Positions 53,400 through 64,000 of a DNA stretch of 64,000 nt are shown here, piece after piece. The notes below the pieces were generated by a model that saw nothing but the letters and a program-made list of their open reading frames with translations, did not search any database and had not been told where the DNA came from. Within the stretch, counting starts at the first letter, position 1, and each line of letters opens with the position of its first letter. Made by a program: the position numbers and the translations under genes. The stretch is from positions 104,098 through 168,097 of the forward strand of contig JAQGDQ010000350.1 in the NCBI GenBank assembly GCA_030141605.1, read 5' to 3'. The stretch comes from Tubiluchus corallicola (taxonomy: Eukaryota; Animalia; Priapulida).

Positions 53400-54335
53400 G
53401 ATGAAGGTTTCACAGAAGACAAGCGATCTAAAAACCGTAGCAAGATTTGCAGCTCATAGTACAAAGCACTTTATTACAGGTACTGGAACGGCATCAAGTG
53501 TTAAATCCTGCAAACCACTGAGACGTTTGGATCCCGATACAGAGACAAACGACATAAAGTATCTTATAGGAAGGCAGTGCGATGTCACAGTTACAGCAGA
53601 GAGACTGCAAACGAAATACAACACGTTCTCTTCTTTTGTAATTATCTCTTAAAGGAATGGAGAAAAAGAACTTATAATGAACGCCTCGATTTGGCCGACA
53701 GGAGTGTTAGTGAAGCCATATTACCCTCCTGAAGCTGCTTCCAACTAGGATGAGAAATCAACGACGAAGAATTCACGAAAGAAAACTGATTGAACAGGCC
53801 TGCCTTGAAAACTGATAACGTTTTCAGGACAAGATCGTCTGCTTGTGCTAGAGCCAGCAAAACTGCAACACACCTCCAATTTCAGTGCCATCATACGGGC
53901 ATGAGAATAGGATTTTCTCAGCTAAACTGTGAACTTTTCTCTAAGGCTGTAAAGATAATAAAGGTCATCCAATATTGCCGAATTGTAACTGTGGATTGCG
54001 ATTTAAGTCTGTTGAACACTTTTTGTTGCACTGCCCATTGTATCAACAAACTAGGGTTGTTATGTTTGATAAATTAAGTACAATACTTCTGCCTAAAAAC
54101 CTTAATATAGCTGTCATAGGAAATAATGATCTGTTGAAGTTGTTATTATTCGGAAAAGATAAATTTAGCTATGTTGCTAACTGTAAAACATTCCATTGGT
54201 GGAACTTACTATTAACTGTGTAATTGTTGTATACATCTCCGTGTATTAATTTAACGTGTTAATGTGTTTTTGTTTCTTGTTGTAAATATGTAAATGTCTT
54301 ATGCTGTAAACCGTTGGTTTGAAATAAAAAACTAA
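53400..54335 (+). mobile_element. Internally deleted CR1/L2-like non-LTR retrotransposon relic
   Basis: ORF1-like C-terminus (RLDPDTETNDIK..KYNTFSSF..ASIWPTGVLVKPY) followed closely by ORF2 C-terminus (HTGMRIGFSQLN..; CNCG..SVEHFLLHCPLY..LLLFG) and an A-rich tail with AATAAA near 54323. Confidence 0.7.
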
Positions 54336-54356
54336 ATCAAGAAAAATATATAGGGG

Positions 54357-54624
54357 AAAACACCATTAATTGACATTGATTTGACCTTGGAATTTAGCAG
54401 ATTTTATCGCAGTATTTAAATTCATTCAATGCCAAGTAAAGAATTTGCCAAGAGACTTTGTTTGTTCTGACAGCGTTTATTAGTGTTTAGAGACAACAAA
54501 ACACTACAGTAATAACCGAAGTTTCTTGGCAAATTTTTGGCTCAATTTGGAATAGATTTACAAAAGATCGGCGATAAGATCTGCTAAATTCCAAGGTCAA
54601 ATCAAGTTCAATTAACGGTGTTTT
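54357..54624. mobile_element. Palindromic (foldback) MITE-like element
   Basis: aaaacaccattaattga..ttgatttgaccttggaatttagcagat is mirrored by atctgctaaattccaaggtcaaatcaa..tcaattaacggtgtttt. Confidence 0.75.
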
Positions 54625-54970
54625 ATGTGATGTATGTAATATGTGAGAAGCTTAAGCCATAGCGATATCATATGAAACAAAACACATTATTGTAAAATTG
54701 AAAATTTATTTTATTGTTTTCTATTGACAATCAATATTTTAAGTCAATCTTTAAACAACTGCGTTGGGATAGACAGCTTTAAAAATTTTGGGAATAAATT
54801 TAATTGGGAATACAAGATGATCATTAATCAGTATCATATTCTAAGAAAACATTAGTAACAATGATTCATCTGCTCTTGCAAAAATTAAATCACAGAAGAT
54901 TATATTTTATCTACTTTCATTATTTCACCACTGTTGACAATGATTTACAAGATGATCATTAAGTAATCTT

Positions 54971-55996
54971 CTAGCATTGTGCACAATAGCAATTGAATCT
55001 GCAGTCACAGAATCCAGTGAAGTAACCCAGGCGTGTACATTCATTGTGACATCGAGGGGTGTGTCCACCTAAACAAATCAATGAATTGAGTTTTCATCAA
55101 ACCAATGATGTTGTTTTTGTACTGACAAAGTTACAAAACTGCGATTTCTCGCATCACCCTGTATCGACCACCCTATAGGTTATGTTAACCATGTAAAGTC
55201 AAAGCATTTTTATATCATTTATACTCATAAGTACGTTACCGTTAAAATTTTAAACGGTTTTATACCGAAAGTAATCCAATTTAATAGCATTTTGTGAACA
55301 TACAATTAAGTTAGATCTTCTATACAAGCTGGCATTACTGACAAAATTTTATACTTTTATTAAACTCCCGTTTGTTTGCTTGTTTGTTTGTTTGTTTGTT
55401 GGTTTGTTTGTTTAACCAACATGTTGATTAACTTACTTGTACAGTAATAACTGCTCCGTTCCAAGGAAGGGTCGACCTTCTTGAACGAGAATTGTTTCTC
55501 GAAACCACCTAAACACAGAAACATAGCAATCAGAAATTGTACAGCAGATTTAAACGAACAGCTGTTCTGTCACAGAATTTTTGCCTAACGGTCACTAATA
55601 TAACGTTATGAAATTACTTATGTGAGTTCCATTTCTCTTGACATGTTGCTCTATGCATTCATATCTTGGCCTTTTCATTATGAGCCCGTAGGTCTTCTTA
55701 TCATGAGTGGCTACTGGCCTTTAATTGTGTATATAGAGTAAGAATGCACGTGTTACAGTTAAGTGTCGACTACAAAAAGCAGAAATGATATTTTAATGAG
55801 TTGAACTTATTAAACATTGAGGACTATTTTAAAGCAACTTTTGCTGACAAGCCAAGGCTTTTATATGCACCGTTTAAGTTCGTAGCGTTTTATTAAAATA
55901 TAAATTCAACTAACCACTACCTTCTACATCTTCAGCGTGGATAACTGCCACTACAGCAACCATCATAACAATCATTGAAATGATTATTCTCTTCAT
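54971..55996 (-). CDS. 8-Cys CS-alpha-beta defensin/toxin-like prepropeptide A, 83 aa; coding exons 55996-55915, 55508-55437, 55068-54971
   Basis: All introns GT-AG, phase 1. MKRIIISMIVMMVAVVAVIHA (signal) + EDVEGSGGFEKQFSFKKVDPSLER (pro) + SSYYCTSGHTPRCHNECTRLGYFTGFCDCRFNCYCAQC*; contains CxxxC, GxC and CxC motifs; exon lengths identical to paralog B. Confidence 0.88.
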
Positions 55997-56236
55997 TGTG
56001 AATCCAAATGTTACAATTCCTCTGAAAAAAATGAAAAAAACTTTCATTCATTGTAAACAAAAGCCTGTTGCAAACACACGCAACTTACTATATTCGGTAA
56101 ATTACAGAACACAAGAAGAAAGTTTTGCTTTGTAATAATACCAAAAACGACGACGACTGTGAAAATCACCACAAGTATATCAACATTTAAAATAATTATA
56201 ACAATCTTGTGTACCGAAAAAAGCAACTTGTTTTAC

Positions 56237-56357
56237 CTTATGTTTCCAAGCGATCTTTGTAAGCTCGTCTCTTGTCTTCAGAAAACTTCTTGCAATTCTG
56301 AGTTTAAAAGGCCTTTTATACGTGTAAATGACATCTTTCTGGAGGCAAATGACGTCA
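56237..56357 (-). promoter_or_regulatory. Core promoter and non-coding exon of peptide gene A
   Basis: TATAAAAG at 56320-56313, perfect CRE TGACGTCA at 56350-56357, donor AAG|GTAAAA at 56237/56236; conserved in paralog B. Confidence 0.65.
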
Positions 56358-56404
56358 AAAATTTTTATGATTTATTTAAAAGTGTCGGGTGTGTGGGTTG
56401 AGAA

Positions 56405-57153
56405 CCTTGATAAACGCAAATACGTTTAATGTGTGCCTAAACATTTGATAAACGCAAGTACGTTTAAACCTTTCATGCCCGTTGTATCCCGTGGGATATG
56501 AGAATATTTTCTGCCTTTAAAATTATTAAACTTTTAAAACTGACAGTTATTTGATCTGTTAATAGTTATTTTGATTTAAGCCAATAACAATAGACTAAAA
56601 TGGTGATAAAATGGCAAACTGGAAAATCTGTATAGCATAAAAACTGCGCAAGGTACAGTACTTTAGAGACGACTTTGTACAGATCAGCATAGCATGCATA
56701 CTAAATGTCTTAAATGCTTTAAAAAATTATCAGCAGCTGCAAAATGAAGCACATTTTATGCTTTCATTGAATTCCAATGTATCCCGTGGGATACAAGGCT
56801 ATATTTAGCACACGGGCACAGGTAGACAAAAATAATTATTATGTGTAAACAAGATGGAGTGAACAAAAGTACCAAATCAAAAAAAATTCTTATTTAAAAA
56901 ACAATTTGGGACTGAAAGGGTTAAGGTGTGCCTAAACATTTGATAAAAGCAAGTACGTTTAATGTGTGCCTAAACATTTGATAAACGCAAATACGTTTAA
57001 TGTCTGCCTAAACATTTGATAAACGCAAATACGTTTAATGTCTGCCTAAACATTTGATAAACGCAAATACGTTTAATGTCTGCCTAAACATTTGATAAAC
57101 GCAAATACGTTTAAGGTGTGCTTAAACATTTGGTAAACGCAAATACGTTTAAT
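56405..57153. repeat. Minisatellite, 38-bp unit, about 8 copies, split by a piggyBac-like insertion
   Basis: aaacatttgataaacgcaaatacgtttaatgtctgcct units on both sides of 56468-56920. Confidence 0.9.
56468..56920. mobile_element. piggyBac-like non-autonomous element
   Basis: TTAA duplicated at 56464-56467 and 56921-56924; imperfect TIRs acctttcatgccc / gggactgaaaggg; internal repeat gtatcccgtgggata. Confidence 0.75.
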
Positions 57154-58459
57154 GACCATAAACAAGTGTAAATATAATGACGAGCCACAAACAAGCTATA
57201 TGAACTTTTTTTAGGACACTTGTGAATTTTGTCTTATAAGTTTATGTAAATGTTATTGTCAGTATTTTCATATGTTAAAACGACCACGTTCCATTGAGTT
57301 TGTATTTCAGTTTAGTTTATGCAGTTTGACACCCTGAAATCGAATCCGGCATTCAGTGCCAGGATTGAGTACAATTGAGAACTGTGGTAGAACTGGAACT
57401 ACGGTTATTGACACAACGACCTGTATCACGACGAGAACTAATAGAGGTGTTTTAGCCATACTTGGGGAGCATGTGAATGATTACTTATACTTGGAGGCAT
57501 GTGAACGGTTACTCATATTTGGAGGCATGTGAACCTTCCTATAGAAGGTCCAAAAACGAGCAGCTGTATAATAAAGCCAGAAACAATTTTTAGCAGCTAT
57601 CCAATAAGTTAGCCAGCTCATTGTTGCTTAACTTTGGTTGCCAATTGCACTCAGTGTGACCTCTCAGCTGATATCTCGTCGTACCTTAATTGTGTTCAGT
57701 AAACGAACTTTTTGAATTTAGTTTTGATATGTCTGATTGATCATCTTTAATCAGTTCTTGTTTCATGATGAAACTAATTAAACGCAGTTTATTAAAATAT
57801 TTAATTATTTATGAAATCTTTGTCTCTGCTTCATTAAGCCACTCATATTTCATATATCGATGTTATCTTGGGTAACCTACATAATGGAGCGGGACTCTGA
57901 ATGATGCACAAGAGCAAAAGTGCCATTTCTAATGTGCCATTCATCTACTTAATTACAGTGCGAGTCCTTAATGTCATCCCCTGGAATCGAATAGCGAGTG
58001 GTGTTTGATTTCATTAAATTATTCAGTGTTTTTTAATTTTACGTTTGTGAAATTAAAGCGCTTACATAACAGCTACAAGTTTGTTTCTGTAAACTACATC
58101 CTACCCAAATCAAATAAGTGATCGAAAGCTGCTGACTAAATTAGGAAATCTGAGAATAAATGCTTCACTGAGGCTCGAATCGACAGCCTCCTGTTTTCAG
58201 GGAAGCTATGCTAAGTATGTTTAAAATGATTTTAGACAACTTAGTCGTGTGTTAAATATGATTTTAAAGATTTACGTTTACAAGAATAAAACAGACATTA
58301 ACTGCTTGTTCTTAAAAATTGTTTGTAATCAAGTTAAACTAACCGGGAAGCCATTTACGTCTGTATTTTTAAACTTATAAAATGAAAAAAGTGGCTGTTA
58401 GCTTTTTTGCTAGTTAATTTATTCACACTTTGAAAATACAGTCGCAATGAAAATACTTA

Positions 58460-59395
58460 CCGTAAAACGGGGTGAGTTCGCCACCCGAGGGTGAGTTCGC
58501 CACCCCTTACGTAATGGCCATTGTAGGTTCGCTGTAACTATTGTTCAGTGTTTAATGAACAGATATCATAATCACCGTCATTATAAACAGCTTGCGACAG
58601 TCATCTTCTTTCAATTCGCACTAGAAGTATTCCATTCTGCGCTACATATTATTTGTCTACTATTTCTTGCTACTTAACATGCCACGCACCTGCACCCCTG
58701 TATCGGGTCATAGATACCAAAATTACACCCCAGAAGCTCTGGAAGCTGCCCTACATGCCGTCAAGAATAACAACAGGACAATCAGCGCAGCGGCGAGGCA
58801 ATTCGGAGTTCCAAGAAAGACCCTTTCTGACAAACTCTCAGGAAGTCATCCGCGGAAGACCGGAGGTCAGCCAGTGTTCTCCGCCGCCGCTGAGTGGGGG
58901 TTCCCAATGACTGCCATCGATCTCCGACTACTGATTAAGAGTGTTATTGACGCGAAGGGAGTTCAGGAACGACGATTCAAGCCAAACACCCCTGGAATAG
59001 ACTTTGTCAAATCATTCGCCCGAAGGAACAATCTGGTTTTCAGAGTGGCTGGCAACATCAAGGGCGCCCGCGCGAAGATCAGTGCACAAGACGTTCAAGC
59101 CTTCCTTGCCAACGTAGAAGTTTCTATTTGAAAACTAAAACTAGACATTTTTCATAATTTTTTCATAGGGTGGCGAACTCACCCCCAACCAGCCAATCAC
59201 AACCAGTTAACTTCAGCTGCCTAGAATGGCATTAAACAGTGTTAAATTGTTGGTGGCGAATTCACCCCACGATAGTCTTTCATTCGAAAGGCAATATAAA
59301 GCTTGAACTAAGAAAATCGGTTGGGTAATTCTCTTGCTATGGCAGGAAACGTAAAAAATACCCCTAAAAAGTGGCGAACTCACCCCGTTTTACGG
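58460..59395 (+). mobile_element. pogo-family (Tc1/mariner) transposon deletion derivative
   Basis: Perfect 25-bp TIRs ccgtaaaacggggtgagttcgccac, TA flanks at 58458-59 and 59396-97, subterminal copies of gtggcgaactcacccc. Confidence 0.92.
58679..59131 (+). pseudogene. Truncated pogo-like transposase: HTH_psq plus partial CENP-B-type HTH, no DDE domain
   Basis: YTPEALEAALHAVK...ISAAARQFGVPRKTL...EWGFPMT...PGIDFVKSFARRN; stops before any catalytic domain. Confidence 0.8.
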
Positions 59396-60744
59396 TATAT
59401 GTATAACAATAATGCAGGTAACACGTAGGTACGTGATATAAAGACTCGTGATTATGCAAATGAGATTCACACTGTAACGGTTGATTATATATTTGAGTTG
59501 ACAATTTTTTCTTTCCTACCCAACATTATGTATTCTACCCGCATCACGTAGACTATCGTGACCCTGACTGATATTTTTGTTTCACGCTGTTTCAGTCGTT
59601 TTATCTACGTCCACGAAAAGTCAGAATATCCATCTGGAAATACGTCAAACACCCAAAGCAACAAACAGTGTGAATAACTCTGTTCAAAAGGGAATGGTGC
59701 CAATCAGACCTATAGGATTTCCAATTCTATTTTCAAATTACTAATCAAATATCATACAATATTTCTGCAACTTCACATCTAGAGCAAATTTTACGTTTAT
59801 AAGAATGGTCTTGAACTTTATAATTACTATTCCAGTTACTCGGTCTATAACAACTAAGTAACGTGTTCATTCCAAACTTAAACGTGTTTCTCTTCTGATT
59901 CTGTTCTTTCAAACATTCGGAATATTCGATAAAAAATTTTGGAATAAATCCATCGACAAATTATAATTTTGAAACATATTCCCTCGAAAATAAGGAAGTG
60001 TGAAAATGACCCTATTTCGCGTGTAAACGAAAGACGCTTGGTTCAAAACCAGGCTGTGTGAAGTCTTTTTCAAATTTCCTTTCTTTTGAGTAATTTTGGT
60101 TTCAACACTCAGTTGTAATAACATCTAAATATTAGAAAAGATTTAACCTACGACATAATTATAATTATGCCTTTTGCAATTTACATTTGGTTTTTGCAAG
60201 TTCAATGACCTTCAGGCAAAACGTTTTTGGGCATTTTCATACGCCATGCTGTTTGTACATGTCAACCTCGTTCAGGGACTACATGTACCAGGAGGGCAAT
60301 GCCCTAGCAGTTATCTGTTTGCATATTGAAATAAAATATAACTAGAAAATTTATAACCATGTGAACTAATAAAGAAATACTATCTGGGAGCTTGTTTGCT
60401 ATGATGATACGACTGGTGCGTCATAACATTTGCTGATTGTACTTGACAAAGTAGGCCTATGTATCTAATACAAATATATTCTCAAGAAAGCTGGCCTATA
60501 AATTTATTCCATTTTAACTCTTTGTCTTTACCGCAAAAACGAGCGAGATTATTTATTATAGTAATTTCAGGCAATATTTTCATGCCTACCGCATGAAGCT
60601 GTATTTGTAGTCACTAGCAATTTAATGCACTTGTTTCAAAGTTTAGAGAACGACACAGATTATGATAACATCTGATAACGTATTGTGCCATTAAATGGCA
60701 GGCAATATTACAATTTCAATACGTTTTGATGGCAGAGGTAGCTT

Positions 60745-61065
60745 ATGGCGACAAAGTTTGAGGGGCATCACATTTTAGAAAAAAATTTATTCTCCTCTGG
60801 AAAATTGTGTCTAGCTTCATATTTATGTAAAAGGCACATTTTTACAATACACCACAGGCAGTTATAAAGCAGGTTTCTATATAAACAGCACATAACGAAC
60901 AGGCACAAGTTATTACACACAACAAGCTGTTATGCAAATACATGTAATTAATAATGAACAGATGGAAACTAGATCAACGGTGTTCCTGATACACTACAGG
61001 CAATTGTTGAACCTGCTAATTACATTAACAATAGAGATGGGCGGGACAACTAGCAGCCTAGGGCT
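60745..61065. repeat. Dispersed direct repeat of about 50140-50465
   Basis: Shared gcgacaaagtttgagggg..cacatttta, caccacaggcagtt, cacataacgaaca, caatagagatgg..cagcctaggg. Confidence 0.7.
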
Positions 61066-61629
61066 TAAAGTATTCATATTCCCCTGTGTCAAAAGAGACA
61101 AAAATGTCATAAGTAATAAAATAAAGCATATTGTGCGTAGTTTAGGTTAGTAACGTAGAATGTGAAAGTTTATTATGAAACAGTAATTGGATATATGAGA
61201 TTCAATGAGGTAGCTGGAGCCAACATTTTTCACGAATGGTTCGTTTATTCAAACTATTCAGGTGCAAAAGACTTAAAGCTGAAAGATCACACCACGTGTA
61301 CTTAGGAGCTAAAGTTAAGCAACGCTGAATCTGCTCCATAAATAGATTAGTGGTGGAAAAATTGGTTCTGGACGATTTTATCTGCTATACTGCTGCGAAT
61401 TATTTGTCCTCTGTAGAAATGATACACATTACGTGACCATGCCTCTCATGGGTTAGACGCATCTGCCAGTTCACTAGCTCATCTTACTCGTGATATTTAG
61501 CTGGGTTACGATCACAACCACAAATTTTACGTAATCCCGCAATTTAATGCAAATCAGATTTTCAGGGTGCATAAAGTGCATAAAATAAACTCACATATTG
61601 TATTGAAAAACGTTAAAGCAAAAGCGGAT

Positions 61630-62215
61630 AAAACCTTAAACTGTAGGTCAAAACAATCTACCATTTAAAATATTGGAAAGAACCATGCTATTTTTTCAAA
61701 AATGATTTACGTGAAGGAATTATTAGCACATTAACATAATTTCAAGTTTGCGCCACTAGTTCTTTGCTGTTAAGTGCATTTCGCCGTTCGCTAGTTAGAC
61801 GGGCACTAGCGCCTGCATTTCGGAAACGCATTCCACAAAGAAGAGGTGGTGCCTCTCAGTTCATATGTCATAGTTTGTGACGAACTACACACGTTCGATA
61901 GCTCATGCGTGAGCACAGCAGTACATTTGAAATTTGCATTTTTTCTTAAAACTTAGTTTTAGTACAACACACTGAATATCTTACAGTAGCGCTGTACTTC
62001 CATTTTCGCTTTCACAAACACCTGCAACACGTTCGTGGAATATTTTTGCTGTTGAAAATTACGTTAGTTTGTGATGTCATCAGTAGTTGGGCTCGCCCGC
62101 CGTTAATTAAGATTTTAATCTATCATTTAGTTATCAGAAACGCTTTTGCAGTATTAATCGTATTAAAATGTATACTTTTATCGGAAAATGGGATAGTATG
62201 TGAAAACACATCCTG
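61630..62215. mobile_element. Copy of the dispersed element at 1180-1715
   Basis: Colinear similarity from cttaaactgtaggtcaa to catcctgtcttcct. Confidence 0.7.
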
Positions 62216-62503
62216 TCTTCCTTTAACTCAAAGTATTGATTTGTGTACAACATGTGAAAATACTGACGTTGGTGGAATAAAATAATCTCATTCATACCAA
62301 CTTTGTAAGACAAAATTCCCAGGTGCCTTAAAAACTAGGCCATTCATTTATGGCATAGCTTAAAGCTGATTACTACAGGTTTTGTTTACAAGAGCCATTA
62401 TGGCTTTTCAATATTTACCTTTGTTTGTGTTTAATAAACATATTTATGCTTATAAAATGTTTGACCATTCACTCGACCTTTTTTAACGAATCATAAAATT
62501 TTC

Positions 62504-62624
62504 TGATGTCATTTGCCTCCAGAAAGAGGTCATCTTCACGTATAAAAGGCCCTCTAAGCTCAGAGTTACAAGAAGTTTTCTGAAGACAAGACACGAGCTT
62601 ACAAAGATCGCCTGGAAACATAAG
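62504..62624 (+). promoter_or_regulatory. Core promoter and non-coding exon of peptide gene B
   Basis: CRE variant TGATGTCA at 62504, TATAAAAG at 62541, donor AAG|GTAAAA at 62624/62625, acceptor tttcag| at 62889. Confidence 0.65.
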
Positions 62625-62914
62625 GTAAAACAAGTTGGTTTTTTGCTGTACATTTACATCGGTAGATAAGCTTATTCTTATTATTCTCAATGTTGTTGCT
62701 GGGGTAGTCACTTCCACTGTCACTGCGGTTGTGGTTGCCACAGTCGTTGTCGAAGTTGTTGTTGTTTTTACATCACTAAAAGTAACACTTTCTACTTAAA
62801 AGTAAAATTTACTCAATTGTGCGAGTCGATATACAACTGCAAAACGAATGTGTTTTACAATGAATAAAAGTTTTTTCTTTTTTTTTCAGAGGAACTGTAA
62901 CATTTGGATTCTCA

Positions 62915-63911
62915 ATGAAGACAATAATCATTTCGCTGATTGTTATGATGGTTGCTGTATTTGCAGTTATCCACGCTGAAGATGAGGAAGGCAGTGGTTA
63001 GTTTAATTCATGTTTTAATAAAACATCACAAAGCACGCTAGTGTTAATATTTGTTACTAAACTAAATGTAAAACTCATATCTAAACTAAAATGTTGCCTA
63101 TAAAGCCTGGGATCGTCATCAAAAATTGCATTAAATTTTAATTTTAATAAATTCACTGCAGCGCCTCTTACGTGTACTCACTAAAATGGAAATAGTATAT
63201 TTCGCTTTTTGTAATTGTGTGTTAAATATAGTACGTGTATTCGAACTCTACAATTCTGTTATACGAATCGAAAAAGAGAAACCAATAGCCACTCATGATA
63301 AGAGGGTCAAGGGGTCAGAGAGAAAGACAAAGATGTGAATGCATCGGGCTAATATCAGCAGAAAAGGACCTCATATAGCTAATTTGCTAGTGACGAAATG
63401 TTCTTTTGACAATAAAGCTGTGTCAGAACATCCTGACGATGTCCTTTTTGAATTGACTTTATAAATTCAAATGTTTTTTTTTTTCATTTTTAGAAGCTGT
63501 CGAGAAACAATTCTCGTTTGAGAAGGTCGATCCTTCCTTGGAAAGGAGCAGTTATTACTGTAGAAGTAAGTTAGTTATATTTTCACAAAATGCTATTAAA
63601 TTAGATTTCCTTCTGTATAAAATGCTTTAAGACTTTAACAGTCAGCAATGTACATGAATATTATTGATATAAAAATGTTTTGACTTTACGTGATTAACAT
63701 AACCTATAGGGTGGTCGATACAGGGTGATGCGATAAATCGCAGTTTTGTAACTTTGTCTGTACAAAAACAGCCTCATTGGTTTGATGAAAACTCAATTCT
63801 TTGATTTGTTTAGATGGACACACCCCTCGATGTCACTATGAATGTACACGCATAGGTTACTTCACTGGATTCTGTGACTGCAGATTCGATTGCTATTGTG
63901 GACGATGCTAG
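62915..63911 (+). CDS. 8-Cys CS-alpha-beta defensin/toxin-like prepropeptide B, 83 aa; coding exons 62915-62996, 63494-63565, 63814-63911
   Basis: MKTIIISLIVMMVAVFAVIHA + EDEEGSEAVEKQFSFEKVDPSLER + SSYYCRNGHTPRCHYECTRIGYFTGFCDCRFDCYCGRC*; GT-AG phase-1 introns at the same positions as in paralog A. Confidence 0.88.
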
Positions 63912-64000
63912 AAGATTACTTAATGATCGTCTTGTAAATAATTGTCTGTTGTGGTGAAATAATGAAAGTAGATTAAGTATGATCTTCTGTGATTTAATCT

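Noticed and set aside
56159-56401. 80-aa ORF and its 90-aa counterpart (62469-62741) as a conserved protein pair
   Set aside because: Both are antisense readings of the duplicated promoter, 5' exon and first intron of the peptide genes.
63711-63805. Alternative exon within the last intron of the peptide genes
   Set aside because: An AG and a short open frame exist in both copies, but there is no good pyrimidine tract and it would remove the Cys framework; shared ancestry explains the similarity.

Overview
AT-rich, intron-containing animal (invertebrate-like) genomic DNA; no prokaryotic features. Gene models were built by hand from GT-AG splice sites. (1) A 5-exon minus-strand gene (10951->4134, 980 aa) for a secreted or surface protein made of four tandem leucine-rich-repeat (LRR) modules, one per phase-1 exon, plus exon 1 of a tandem paralog (955->370) that runs off the window. 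(2) A single-coding-exon C2H2 zinc-finger gene with 11 fingers (16384-17715). (3) A block of minisatellites (22-27 kb). (4) A 29.5-48 kb region with a putative minus-strand gene carrying three tandem 132-nt exons, each encoding a MYT1-like C2HC zinc finger, mirrored by inverted, scrambled copies on the plus strand. (5) Two head-to-head paralogous genes missing from the ORF track (55996->54971 and 62915->63911). Each encodes an 83-aa prepropeptide whose predicted 38-aa mature part is a CS-alpha-beta defensin/toxin-like peptide with an unusual 8-Cys spacing. Many transposon relics are interspersed: pogo-like, hAT, piggyBac-like and Tigger-like non-autonomous elements, a Gmr1-like LTR 3' end, and CR1/L2-like LINE fragments. 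All models are read by eye and have no expression support.
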